This document shows positions 11,997 to 26,167 of a stretch of DNA of 64,000 nucleotides, one piece after another. This DNA comes from Tubiluchus corallicola (Eukaryota > Animalia > Priapulida): contig JAQGDQ010000783.1 of NCBI GenBank assembly GCA_030141605.1, forward strand, positions 31,991 through 95,990. Reading direction: 5' to 3'. A program made the position numbers and the translations under genes. Positions within the stretch are counted from its first letter, which is position 1; every line of letters starts with the position of its first letter. The notes beneath the pieces were generated by a model. It made no database searches and had not been told where the DNA came from. It saw only the letters and a list, made by a program, of their open reading frames with translations.

Positions 11997-13610
11997 TGTA
12001 TATGTATGTATATAAAAAATATGGTATTATATAACATGCTATAAAAAATTATATAAATTTAAAGTAATTTGTAAGAATTAAATTCTATCTACAAGAAGTA
12101 CAAATACTAATACACTGTACCACAGCACCTTTAACAATGTTCATCTCTAACCAGAAGATAGTTAAACAAAAGATTATGTTGTTGTGTTACGTTATTATAT
12201 TATGAGGGGCTAATGCTCTATTTCAGAGAGAATACCATTTTGTACGGTAATAACTGTTATGAGTCTGATTAATTATATTAAACAAAAACCTTTTGAGTAC
12301 TATTTTGATGGTTTTTATATACAAAGGAAATAGTCCTAATTGAGCAGTGACACATTTTACTAGATTTAATTATCTGTACATATCAAACAATATCTGTCTA
12401 CTAAATTGTACTTCTTAGTTGTTTCTACACTCTAGTAAAATTTCCTTGTTTTTCAGATGCTATGACAATAGACAGTAAATTGTCCGAAACCGGAAGGCAG
12501 TTAAATATCTATTTTGAAAAGATTACAATAATAACCCCTAATCCTTTCAAACCTGCGTCTAGATGCTAAAATTATCGGCATATCTCCTGTGAAACGCAAG
12601 CGGCTTTGCAACTATCTTGAAACTGTAAGTAGGCAATCTCATAGATGTGGATTCCTTGGCCTTGATAAACAACATTTACACTCAATAATCTGGCATGATA
12701 TGGCATATATGCCAGCAACAGCCATAATGTCGGCTGTTTTGAAAATGGCAGTCATTGTGAATTTACTAAAAATATTTTATTTTTAAAGCCGATATCTAGA
12801 TGCTAAAGTGATCAACCTATCTGCCTTGATACATGCAAAATGTATGCTGTTGTTACAATAAATCTTTGGTGAATCTATTATACGCGTGACTTAATAATAT
12901 ACATGTAATTTCGCTTTGTGTATTGGCCATTTTTCGGCATGGATTTCTGAAATGAAGTAACAGAAACGGATATCTTAGATCTTACTGCCCTGAAATAGAT
13001 GTCATTAACCGCTTCACTATATTAATGTTCTGGGAACATCTTTTGATTTATATATAGCGTGGGCAAAATTATATATCCCTGGGGTTTTTGATCCAATCCT
13101 GCTAATTTCTCAAGCTGGCAACAGCATTTTTCATATTTAGCTAGCCAAATAGACAAGACTGGCTAAGTTGCCCACGTTTAGAGAAAAACGCTCTTAGAAC
13201 ATTATAGAAGCATCTTTATTATATTCTTCTAGTCTCACTGTTTTTGTCTTTTTTTGGATTACTTCATTCAAATTTGAGCATTTGCAAAATATGAATAACA
13301 AAAACTAACAATCCGCAAAATGCTGAGAATCCATCAGAAAACTGTAACAATATAAAAATATATAAAATGAATTTATAAAGTTATTGTTATTAAAAGTAGT
13401 TTTCGTCAATATGCGAATTGGGGTTCGCTGGGTTAAATGCTGACGTGAGTGTTCTGCAGTTCGATAGTTTCGACTGTTTGCTAACTTACTGAAATGCAGA
13501 AGTTTGCTGTTAACTGAAAAGTACTTTTGAAATTGTACAATTGGCTGCATATTATACAGATTAATCTCAAATATTTTTTATTGATTTATATTTTCGATTA
13601 ATGTTTAATC

Positions 13611-14478
13611 ATGGAAAGTCACTACACTATAAGAAAACGCTATAATAGACAACATGTTGTGTTCCATTGGTTCTTACTGATAAATTTTTGCATATTTGTT
13701 TACACTTACATTATCACGAAACAAAAATTAACCGTGGTGGATTTCAAGAGAAACCTCGGTACTAAATATAAGCATTTTGTTGTAAAAACTGAGGAGCAAG
13801 AAAACTGGTTGTACTCAGAATGCAAGAGTTACTCCACATACGCTAAAAAACAATGTATCTTACATAACCATGGGAATGCCAGGAAGACTTGGAAATAACA
13901 TGTTTAGCTATGCTTCATTCATATAAATATTTTACTTTCTTGAAAGAGGAGATAAAAAACCAATTTACTTTTAACCGTAAATCCATCACAAAAGCCAGAA
14001 CGTTGTTAAATTATGAATTACAGCAGAGAGGCATTTTGGCTGCTACAGTAACATTAGTGGGAATTCACGTGCAAAGAGGCGATATCTTGTCAACAATTTT
14101 TATCTAGTCAACAAGTCCCTTCAGCTGCATATATCAAAAGAGCTATGGACTTTATGAAAAGCAAATTTAGCTTTTGTTTTGTTTTTCGTAGTGTTTGTTG
14201 TTATTGGCAAAGATGCAACTTGGAACAAAGAAAGCATTTGTGGATTAGATGTGGTTTTCATGCCTAACAACAGTGAGCCTGCTGTAGACATGTGCATTGT
14301 CAGTCAATTATGTACTCACATGATCATGACAGTAGGAACGTTCAGTTTCTGGTGTGGATATTTGTCAAATGGAACTGTAGTATACTTTCGTGATATGCTT
14401 CCTGATGGGTACAGAGACAAAACCCACTGGTTCATTGCTGGTGATTATTGGCCGCCTGAATGGATAGGACTACATTGA
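13611..14478 (+). pseudogene. Alpha-1,2-fucosyltransferase (GT11) pseudogene in the palindrome spacer
   Basis: TM segment VVFHWFLLINFCIFVYTYII; GRLGNNMFSYAS at 13882; SYKYF; VGIHVQRGD; YIKRAMDFM; DMCIVSQLCTHMIMTVGTFSFWCGYL; WPPEWIGL. Several frameshifts and an internal deletion. Confidence 0.88.
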
Positions 14479-15309
14479 ACAAAAACAAAACATTGTGGTA
14501 ATATGGTGTATATTAGTTATTGCCATATTAGATAATATAGCCTAGGGCATGTACCCTATTTTTTATTCGTTTTTCATGAGTCACGGCTAGTATCGTTTGA
14601 GCAAAATAGGTGTTTGTGGTGCCGCCGCCTATCACTGAAAATGAAAAAAACTGGATATTCAAGTACATAATTATTTTGTGAACACGTAAGGGGCTGGTTT
14701 ATCTTAATTGTTATGATTACAGAACATCTGTGTATATAAGTTAATATAAAGTTTTATGGGAATCTAGAAGGCGGGAAAAAATTATTTCAATTTAGTTACA
14801 GTCGTTTACAATTGAGTCATTACTTTAGCTACTGCTATTTTCAATTATTTCCTGTGAAAGTTTTCTTAGATTAAATCTCGAGCTAACTTTGTTTATTATT
14901 TTCATAAACTGATTTTACATAAACTTGTTTGGGCCAGAAAAAGTAGAAAAAGACGGTGCAATAAAAAAAAATCACGGTTTTATAATTAATGTGTGATCCA
15001 TGTAAAGTTGAGATTTATTTCAAAACCCTAAAGCTATTTCTGAGGTGAATCCAAGGTAGGTTACTTGCCAGGTAATTAACTCTTTATTGTACTCGTAAGT
15101 AGATGCATTCATTGCTAAATTACAGCCAGGTAAATCCAGCTATGGCTAATCACGCATGGTCTAACAACAGTTAACAACAAGACACGAAAAGCTGCGAGGT
15201 ATGAGGAAAATCTCAAACTGTCAGAGACAGAAGTATCGCCGTAATTATATGAAGAATATGTTTCGATAAACATAGAGAAAAACGAGACTGCCTACGCCAG
15301 CTAACTGAT

Positions 15310-15504
15310 TGTGCTAATGTGAAATTTCGGACCCTGAATGCAATGAGTCTGATGAGGAAGCCTTGGAGCCACATCTTAACTCACTTACAGAACTTAAAGC
15401 GTTTTCTATAAAAATAATAGACAAAACAAATTGAGTTATTACGTAACAATGTTAGTGAGAACAAATCCGCAAATGAACATGCGCTCATGGGAGGCAAACT
15501 CACT
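15310..15504 (+). mobile_element. Possible LINE APE N-terminus remnant ending at the palindrome junction
   Basis: NVKFRTLNAMSLMRK...KRFSIKII...EH resembles the (G)TxNV.SL...DII..QE start of APE domains; heavily decayed. Confidence 0.3.
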
Positions 15505-16009
15505 AATTTTACTAGAGTGTAGAAACAACTAAGAAGTACAATTTAGTAGACAGATATTGTTTGATATTTACAGATAATTAAATCTAGTAAAATGTGTCAC
15601 TGCTCAATTAGAACTATTTCCTTTGTATATAAAAACCATCAAAATAGTACTCAAAAGGTTTTTGTTTAATATAATTAATCAGACTCATAACAGTTATTAC
15701 CGTACAAAATGGTATTCTCTCTGAAATAGGGCATTAGCCCCTCATAATATAATAACGTAACACAACAACACAATCTTTTGTTTAACTATCTTCTGGTTAG
15801 AGATGAACATTGTTAAAGGTGCTGTAGTACAGTGTATTAGTATTTGTACTTCTTGTAGATAGAATTTAATTCTTACAAATTACTTTAAATTTATATAATT
15901 TTTTATAGCATGTTATATAATACCATATTTTTTATATACATACATATACAAACACACACACACACACACACACATATATATGCACACACATGCACACACG
16001 CACACACAT

Positions 16010-16049
<40 letters not shown>

Positions 16050-17431
16050 GCAAACAAAATTGCAAGTTGTGTGTTATAATCGCGCATAAGCAAGCAAATG
16101 TATAATGGAGCCATTAAAAATTACAAAGCGATTTTCGATGATCTGACTTAAAAAAATTAGGCAGGTATTTAAAGCACAAAAAATACCTGAATGACTTTAT
16201 GAGGAAATTAATAATCGAGACCATACTTCAAAATATAAATATTCAAGACTTTGCAATCTTGAAATTGATCAACAGAAGTTAAACAAAAAAATTATTGGAA
16301 TTAACTGAAGCTGCTGTAACAGTAGTTGCTCTTGCAAGCAGTTGCTCTCGTACATGTGACACATGTAGTTAACCTAGGTAGTAAGTTTCCAAGAATTGAT
16401 ATTTATATAATTAACTCAAGCGACATATACTAGTTGATTGCTTGGTATCGTCCGAAAGTATTATTCCATTGAACTGCATCATTATGTTTTATAATATGTA
16501 GACTTTTTGTTGCGTTAAATCTTTCATGGAAATTATTTTGTTTGGTTGCTGCTCTCGTAGAATATTGGTGAACGTCACTAATCTTACTGAAATAATTACA
16601 GATGACTTAGGTAGAATCCCTTTTTAAAACTGAACATGAGTTTCGCTAGTTCTATCTTATAAAATTCATTTATTTTTAATAATTACAAAGCACTTAGTAA
16701 AAGGCTTATTAATAAGAAGGGATAGCATAATCTCGGAACCCAGCAAAAGTCATTATTTTTATAAATATGTAGCGTACTGCTATAAGTGGTTTCAGAATAC
16801 AAGATACAATAGTCAATATGTGGGTACACATTGCCTATATGTGCTCAAGTAATGCCTCAATTTACAAAATACACCTGTAACTTTGCTTACTTTGTAGGAA
16901 AGACGACCCTTTATGTAAGATGACCAATTAAAGTGTTACATGTAAACTCTCTGCTGTTTATGCATGTACTTGTTCTAATAAACAGTCTTGCATTGTTACT
17001 GTTATATTGGAGTTTTCATTTATATTTTATTACAGTTTACTGTTAACTTATTAGTACATATCCATGTATTAGTTTTTATCAGTTCTTCATTACTTTTGAG
17101 CTAAAGATTATACGTGTCGTTGTCTGCTAAGAAGAGGTTAATGTCACAGCAAAAAGTCGTGTTTTCATGTTAGCACAAAGTGGAAGACTACATGATTGTC
17201 TGTATTTTAGGGCGTCTTCATGCTGAGGTGATGTGACGAGTTGATTAGGTGTTCGATTTCGGGCGTTTCTGCTTGGAAGACTGTTAAGGAAAAACAATTA
17301 TTCTGACATCCTTTAGTCATCCTTTATACTCTGCTTATAACGTTGTAACTTTAATTCAGTAAACCATTTACACTAACATATTTGATTTAGCTCTCAAACT
17401 TTTGTCATCTGTAATAACAGGATACAAATAC

Positions 17432-17796
17432 CAATTTCTTTTGATTATTTTGAAGGCCCAAGTCGTAAACTACAAGATGATAGTTATCTCTACCAAACTG
17501 CTGATCGAGGTGCCTTATTAGGCCCTCCCCTTCTGTGTAATGTGATGTGTCAAAGGCAGTAACTATCACAGGCTGACTTCTTGTTTCATCAAAAAACGAA
17601 TCATTAATTATCTCTGTTTTTATGAAGTTTTCCACTGTAGGAAATACTTGGGGACGTCTCTGTTGTCTGGTAAACACTTTGGGATTTGTAATGATACTGC
17701 GTCTAGGAGATTTCGTGTACAGGAAGTGATGAATGCGATTAACATGACGAATGTGCCGATAAACATACGTTGCTGTCCCCGAACTGACGTGGCCAT
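17432..17796 (-). pseudogene. DUF1647-like first exon, mirror copy
   Basis: Same translations and same frameshift as 10153-10517. Confidence 0.65.
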
Positions 17797-18588
17797 CGTC
17801 AAGTCAAATTATATCTGCAATAAAAAAAATTTGTATAAAAATATGTAATTTTAAACACTGACTTAACAACAAAGCAGTACAATTGTTTAACTAAAGCTTT
17901 GTTCTGCTATCATAGGCAAAGACAATTAGTGTATTGGATATACTATAGAATAGAATGCTATAGAACAGTTTTGAGTGTTAAAATAAGTCAGCTAGAGTGT
18001 TCAAAATAATTTCATTTATACTTTCCAATACATTAGTCCTGCTGCAGAAATGTTGTATTTTTGGACACAGAACAAAGTGCATGATCCATCAAGCTTGTTC
18101 ATGTCGTCGCTGTTGTTACATATGTCTTTAAAAGCTTTCAGTTTTCAGTTAGCTGGGCAGTTTTCATTTTAGAGAACTGTTAAGAAGCTGACTTTTCACT
18201 TTCTCTGTACTGCCCTCAAATATTCTCATTAAATAGATCTTTCTTATACAAACCACAGTGACATTGTTGGGGTTGCTTTCGTTCTATTGTACTGAATGGA
18301 TTTAGAATGTACTTGCAACGTCGTAAATTCTAAATTTTTACCAAAAAGGGCCATGACAACAGTAAATGCTTTCCGTGATTTTCTAAATGAACCATTAACT
18401 GAGAAAACAGAATGGGAAAGATCCAATCACATTAGTGCTTCCGCTCTAGTTGTTTTACTTCTCCGTGTTTGAAGTGGAAGAAAGATTGTAAACTGTATTA
18501 GAGAGGGGAGCAAATAAATCAATGAACGCTGTTTTTCTGAGTAACGAAAAAACACCAGCAATTAATTAACTACGTTGTGAGAATTATG

Positions 18589-19639
18589 AATTTATTTCAC
18601 AGCAACTCAAACATACATATAAATTATGTAACATTGAAGAAAAAAAATAAACTATGCGAGTTACTGTGAGGAGGAGGAAGGAGCATTTAGCTTTCGAGTC
18701 CTCCTCCAGATAAGTGAAATAATTGACAATTAACATTACATTTTCATCAGTTATAGCATACAATAGAACAAAATAAGTTTTGTTAGTAACTTAAGGTCAG
18801 GATGAGTAAAATTGTGAGTTAATTATACTGTTGTAGTAGGTAATTCTTTGATGCTTTTTTAAATTGATAAAGATTAAGAGTTTCCATTTCACGCGGAATT
18901 GATGACCATATTTTAATAGCATTATATTTTGATGACTATTTCATTATATTTGTTTTTGGAAGGGGGAGTACATAGTTTTCGACTGAATATCTTGTTTAAT
19001 GATCATGTTGATTTGAAACTGGACTAAAGTATGACTGAAAAGCTGGTGGAAGTAATGAATTATGGTAGGTACATGAAATGAAGACAATACATGTCATATA
19101 TTTCTTTCAGTTTAAGACTTTTAACAGATAAATATATTATATTTGTGGGATGGTCATACCTTACATGATATATTAGTTTGAGAATTTTGTTCTGGGTAAT
19201 TTGTAAAGCTTCCAGATTACTTTTATATACACCATCCCAAGACATGACTCCATATATTAGATGTGGGTAGACTAAACTGTAATAGATTTTCATCAATGTT
19301 TCTCTATTAACAAACTTGCGTAATTTACAGATGATTCCCAAGGTCAATTTATGCTTTGTTATACTTATTTGGTACTTCCAGTCTAGGTGCTCATCAAGAA
19401 ATATTCCCAAATATTTAACATGTGACTTTTTTTCAACGATAACATTACTAAGAATTATGGTTATATTTCTTGATGGTGTTCTCCTTTTCTTTTTTATGAG
19501 CATGAAGTTAGATTTATTAATATTCAATGAGAGCTTATTTACATTCAGCCATTCTGTTACTTTATTTAACTGTGTATTCATAACACTCTCCAAGTTATCT
19601 ATATTTGAATCACTTAAAAAAATGTTTAATCTCTTATGT
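18589..19639 (-). mobile_element. LINE RT 3' fragment, mirror copy
   Basis: Mirror of 8310-9360; one amino acid differs (GIFLD here, GIFPD in the left arm). Confidence 0.9.
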
Positions 19640-20273
19640 AATGAGATTTGTGAACCTACTGTTGTATAAATGTAGATCTGCTGATTACTGTCACTGTCAT
19701 TATGAGATCTCCAGTGAGTTGGCAAATGCTGATGTAGTTTTGAATCGCTACGCTCAGACCAAGTCTTATTCTGATGTAATCAATGACATTAACTGTGATA
19801 GACGCAACAATCTTCAGAAACTGTGAAAGATGTAAAAATCTTCAGCAACAGCTTTTAGACTCTCTTTTTAGACTCTCAAGGTTTACTGCAAGGTGCTTTG
19901 TGCACCTCTGATGTACTTTTGAATCCAGAAATAACAAAATCAGTAAAACGTTGATTTTTGATCAAATTAGTTTTTTTTAACCAGAATTTTGTTACATAAT
20001 CATCATGCAGTTCACGGAAGCATCACTCCTTAAAAACCATTTCCTTTCCTAAGATAGCTATTTTCCAGTTTTCCACTCGCCTGTCAAGGCACAATATGTG
20101 CTCAGGTGTTTGCTCCTCATTTCCACAAGTACGTAGTGTGCTGTCTGCTTAAAATATTCTTGTCCAATTAAACGAAGAACGAAATTACGGTAGGATCTGA
20201 ATTACCCTCCTTTATGCTTAGCAGAATCTTAATTCTGAATTCCAAGCTCATTGTTTGCCTGACTTTTGCAATA

Positions 20274-23082
20274 CTATAATTTCTGCCACTGCTGAAATTG
20301 GAGTTCTTGAGTGAAGAACATCTCTGTTTTCAAGATGTCGATACAGAAGTTAGGGGCTCCTCTTCGCAGTTTGTATGTGCATATGGCTGAGGTTGAAGAC
20401 TTGAAACGCGGGTCAAGAACTTCAGAGGAGCAGTTACTTAGAACACATGAATTTTCTGCTGAACGAATATGAAGCCTTAAAATTTCTAAATCTTTTGACA
20501 TTTTATCACTGCCATAGTTTTTCACCTTTTTATTAAAATCACTTAAAATTGTTCTGTAGAATAATGTATCCCATTCACTCCATTGCTCCACTATGCGATT
20601 TTGCCAATTTGAGAGTATTGTCTTCTTTGACGATTTTCGAACGTTTGTTTTAAACACTGTAACATCTTTCCAATCCCAACAAAGTAGGTTTTTCAGAAGA
20701 ACTAGCAACTCGTCAAATCTCTCAGCTATCATTATTAAAGCAAACTTATTCTGTATTTCTTTTATGAGTTTCGGAGCTGCAGTGGTGTTATTATAATCTG
20801 TTCTCTGTAATCCAAACAATCGCAGCATACCATTGCTTAATTTATAAATGTTCTTTGCACGAGTACCACGTGCAGAGTAATTCAATGGACATTGTAAAAA
20901 CGTTGTTATGTTAACACCAATATACTTCTCATAACCACCATAGCTGTAAACAGACTCCAACCATGAGGTAGGCTGACGTAAAATTGATAAAAACTTTACT
21001 TTTGGCATTAGCATCTTAACTTTGTCTATATGTAGTATTGTATGGTGACAGAACACATTGTAGACATTTCTTGGATGAGGGATAAGCATCCTTTTGCCAA
21101 ATTCTTTATTTACATCAACGAGGTTTCCCTTACGAGGAAGTGCAAAGGACAGGTTGTTATATTTACCGTATCTCATGAATATGTTTTGAAGAGCACTGCT
21201 TGCACATTTAGGAGTTTTAAAAAAGAAGAAATCATGGACTGGTTTGCAAATTGATAACGAGACTGAGGATGACGTCGATGATGAAGATTTGTCTCTTCTA
21301 TAAATCCTGCAACAAGGTACTAATGTAAATAAGTCAAACGCTAAGAAGGTCAACTTTTCATTCCCCGCTTTCAAGCTTATAGCACTACATGTGTTTTCCC
21401 CAATACTGGAATTGGCGCCATGCAACTGTGCGATATGTTCTTTCTTTGCTGTCATGGCAGAAGTTATTTAATTAAAACTGAATACAAGACACACACCACT
21501 AAATTTATTATAAAAATAAACAATGGCCAAATACGTAAGTCAATGTATATAATTATGCAACTTAAGACACAGGTTTTTCTTACACAAATCTTTTTATTTT
21601 GTGTAGTTTGCAAGCGTAAACTGGGCAAGTCACAGCTTAGAGTTGAACAAATTTGGATAACATGCTGAAGTGAGAGCACTGATTAGATTAGATTAGATTC
21701 TTTATTTGGAGCGAGTCGAAAGTCATAGTGGTCTTGAAGCGCAATCTCAATAACAGAACTAACAACACAGCTATGGTAGAAAATAGCGCCTTTTAATCTG
21801 GCTGGTGTGTTTAACTGTATACGACATTTTGCTGGCAAATAGATGTTTGTGTAGTTTAGTTAGTAATTTTAGTTATTTTTGTTTGTATTTTATCAGTAAC
21901 TATATTGATAGTCAGTCATTTGAAATCATAACCTCCCAATTTCCAGCAGAGATTGCTGATTTAATGCTGGCCAATCTGCATAATTATAATCATATACCTT
22001 TGAAAGCATGACGTACTGGAATTTTGACACAAATTTTACCAAAAATGGGATTATAATCGCATGTAAATATTTGTGAAAGTACATCATAGTTAGTAAATAA
22101 TCAAAGTGAGTTTGTGGTTATCAAATCCAGTACAGACTTTGACGTACTATTTACTCGAGAGTGATTGGTAATTAAATGGAATAATTGATTTTGTACAATG
22201 AGATTATTTAAGTTACGGCCAATTGGATATTCATTTAACTCTGCCTGGCCCCAGACCTTACATTTGGCATTAAAGTTGCCAACAAAGACAATGCTATACG
22301 GGTGCTTGGGTTGAGAGGCTAGTAGGTATTATAAGATTCATCTAGTGCTTCAATAAATCAGTCTTTACCTGCTCCACCCTGGGATAGAGATCTATAACAA
22401 ATGTACATATAGAATATGTTAACCTTTAAACTACTTTCGAAAAACGTAAATTCAAACAGATTCTGTGGCAGCAACCCAGTTAGTGTTTTAAAATGTATAA
22501 AATGCTATTACCTTTTCTGTCTCGATCTTTTCTGACTGGACCTTGGAATCCAGAAAGACAATGTCGTTTGCTATGAACCAGTCTAGAGTCTACATTTGAA
22601 TTAAAAAGCACAATAATGTAGCAATGAATGGACAGTTCCGTTTTCGCAATTGTATTAAATATGTAAAAATACCGCTAACCTCACGTATCACAATCCACTA
22701 ACGTACCTCTCATGTCGAAGGTCTTTTTTTCTTTATCAATCAACCACCTTATAGTCCTGTAGGCCAAAATATATAAGAAGAATTATGAGTAAGTTCTTTT
22801 GAATCTTTATTCCAACGTTGGAAAATCAAATTTCGCAAAACCGACTTTGCAGTAATTTTTTTAAGATTATACGACTTACTAATTTTTGAATAACGTGCGT
22901 TACTGAATTTACCTTTCATAGTCATCGCGTCTGTTGACAAACTGTTGTTGCAAATAATTTTTGTAGCGAAATACAAAATCAGTTGTTGACGTGTTGTAAA
23001 TAAATATATGGAGTACTTTTACACAAGTATAACTTGAAAGTATAAAAACAAGCAATTTAATGGCGGCCGTTTTCCTTGCCAT
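20274..23082 (-). CDS. GAL3ST: Galactose-3-O-sulfotransferase-like, mirror copy (exons 23082-22913, 21306-20274)
   Basis: Translation identical to the left-arm copy. Confidence 0.9.
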
Positions 23083-23587
23083 ATTGAAAATGCGCAACTG
23101 TTTCAAAAGCAACGACGAACATACATGAGAAATTATACGCCTTGCAGCTTCTAAAATGCTGTTACGAAAAATATATTATACTTTTTACGGCTTTGGTTAC
23201 AGAGCAGCATTCGTTATAAGGATTTCGTTGATTCTTAATGTATTTTAATTCAGAAAAGTTTAAAAAAACAAATTTAGAGATAGGTAAGATAAGATTTATG
23301 CATGTGTATCTCGCATATTATTAAATACAAGTGTTTTTACAATTGCAGTACTCGTTTGTAGACAGAAAAATGGGTAAATTAGATTTTAGTATTTTTTAAC
23401 ATTTCCCTGGTAATTTTGTGCTGGAATATAAGATTCCATAATATAGTTTGCATTTGTTTTCATAAAAGTAAAAAAAGCTAAATTTCACGAATTTTGATAT
23501 TTTTATTGTGTCATTAAACTTAATAATATGTTTCGTATTTGACTGCTTTATTCACACTCACAGTATTATAATATTACATTAATAAAC

Positions 23588-25068
23588 ATGAAAGACGAAG
23601 ACAATATCTATACGAGAGAAATGTTGGACGATTTGCCAATGTCCAAGCTTCGAGAAATAGCTAGATCATTGGGTATGATCTCTTTGTCTAATAGGCGGGT
23701 AGTTCTTATTGACACAATATTAGAAATTCAGGCCCGGTGCCCTGTACCATCGGAATCCCAACAAGGAATGGTTTCGCCCGTCACTACACTGTTGTCAGCA
23801 GTACAACAGACAGTCGAGAAAGCACAAGCTACGAAGTTAGCACTGCCCTCTCCCGACTTGAGTCCGCCACGTCTTACCTTGCACCAAACACCAGCAAAAC
23901 AGCTTAGCGATCCTAGCACACAAATAACTAGTAGTAATAAGACAGGCATGTATGATTTAACTGGGTTGCCCCTAGATGATAAAGTTAAATTAATTTTACG
24001 ACTGGAGGAGCCCAGTGCGAGAGAAAGAGAGTTAGCGAGAGACAGAGAATGGCAGATGCGTGAATTAGGGAAAAGGGAACCTCAACAGGAACGAGAGAAA
24101 GAGAGGGAAAGAATGCAAGAAAGCAAAAGACATGGCAGAGTGTTACAAAGAGCACGTCTTTCATTAAATGCATCAAACACAAATGCACACTCTACATCTA
24201 CTGAATCCATACAGCATATTAAACTCAAAGTGCGACCTTTTATGAAGGTAAATTTGAGTCGATCCTGGAATACTTGGCTTATTATGAGCGTTGTTGCCAG
24301 GTGAATGATATACCAAGGTCACAGTGGTGTTGTTCTCTTGCCCCTCATCTCTCGGGTAAGTCTAGTTATGCCTTCCAACTTATTGAAGGGGATGATATTC
24401 GTTCTTATACCAAAGTCAAGGAAGCCATTATTGCAGCTTATATGGTGACTCCTGAGAGTTACCACAGCGTTTAGGGACCTTTCTAAACGCAAAGATGAGA
24501 CGTGTACGCAGACAGTGGAACGCCTCAGGCAGAGCCTACGGGACTGGGCAGATGCTATGTCGGTCACTAGTAAAGATCGGGCCCTTGATTTAATAGCCTT
24601 TCATGACAATAATCCCTGCAATAATCGCTTTGTGGCTGAAGAAAATTTGCATCTAAAAACTTGACGAAGCCGCCCAAAAAGCTGAAGCTTATATTTCATC
24701 TCAGAATCCCAGAGCAACAACCTCTATTAAATTCTCTTCATCATCAGCAAACCGTAAACCTGATGTAACACCTGCAACACCCGAAGGAGGAACAGCACCA
24801 GCCAAAATGCAATGTTACCATTATGCCCAGCAGTGCCATTATGCCTCCTCTTACCCAAGAAAGAAGGCCCTCCTACTGAAAGGCCTTGAATAGTACCTAG
24901 TGTTAGAGACAAACCGTCACACAAACAACTTTTGGTCCCATCCACTTTAGGTATGTCAGCTTTAGTCACTGCTGGAGCAGGAACCGAAGAGTGTGTGTCT
25001 GGTCAGCCATATTTTTGAGCCATCTTGGATGGAAAAGACGTCACCGGGTTGCATGACACTGCAGTCTC
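23588..25068 (+). mobile_element. Gypsy gag-protease fragment, mirror copy
   Basis: Mirror of 2880-4361, with a locally divergent patch at about 24845-24990. Confidence 0.8.
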
Positions 25069-25177
25069 AAAGGTCATGTCAGTAAATGCTTTAGCTGCTA
25101 TGATGTGAACAGCAGGGCTAAAAGTGTGTGCTTGTGTTACTCAAATAACACAAAATATTTGATCTGCTTCATCAAAA

Positions 25178-26167
25178 CTATTGCGCTTTAAAACTAGTTT
25201 TCCTGTGATATCTGTTCAAATCAATCTCTAAACATGTCTTATTGTTACTGTCCAAGAACCAGTGACTATGTTTTCTAGCTATAGTCACCTTCATGTCAAT
25301 CCCAATAATCCAGTTGATATTAATCACAGCAGGATCAGGAGCAAAGTCTTTAGCACCCTGAGTAAAATAAACAAGACCATCTGCTACTTGATTGTAGGGG
25401 TAAAAATCGCACTTTGCTTTTGCATAGCCTATTTTGCATAAATTATCTAAAACTCCCTGCTCGTATTTATGTCGAAAATCATTTTCCACTCTTTGTACCA
25501 TCTCACCCCAAATATGGCGGGCACTAATGGTATTGTTGACGAACATAAAATTGACAGAAATGTTATAATTGTCAAGTCTTTCGCCAACAAGAGATCCTAT
25601 CAAATCCACTCCACTGTGTTCTTCAAGCAGAGGTATAGGGTTTTTCAACCACACAGCATCTGTTTCAAAGATGTGAAAAGCAATTCCTTCCAACAGAAGT
25701 TCGTGAAGCAAATGTATTCGCTCTAGAATTATATATCTGTACCCAGTACTGTCAAATTCGTATTTCATTTTTAGTGGTTTTTGAGTTGTGTGTTTGTACA
25801 CGTTCAAATTCGGCCAAAGACCCAGCAGAATCACACGTGTATCCTCATCTGTAGCAACTATAATAATCTGATCTAATATTCCCATCATTCTGATGTTACA
25901 CAACCAGCTCAATGTTATATTTACGTATCATTGGTTAGCAATGGCAATATAAGGTATTTTGCCATTAGCAGTGATATTTTTGCACAAATCGATTAACTTT
26001 ACCGGTTTCGTTGCCGCTTTGAGGCTTTCCATTTGCTTGGGAGGCAGCGGTCCTTTTCTGTGCATTAACCTACTCGTACTTAACATAATTGTTTCATCAA
26101 ACAAAAAAATAATGGCGACCACAAAAACTCCTAAGAGTAACTTAGATAAACGTCTGTGTCCCCTCAT
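25178..26167 (-). pseudogene. GT77/Nucleotid_trans-like, mirror copy
   Basis: Same TGA (25928-25930); GVDLIG here versus GVDSIG in the left arm. Confidence 0.75.

Larger units (their letters stand above)
1..12442 (+). repeat. Left arm of giant inverted repeat (may extend beyond the window start)
   Basis: Each ORF has a mirror whose coordinates sum to 27948-27949 (219..1004/26944..27729; 6494..7675/20274..21455). Identity stops after ...CTCTAGTAAAATT at 12442, which pairs with AATTTTACTAGAG at 15505. Confidence 0.98.
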
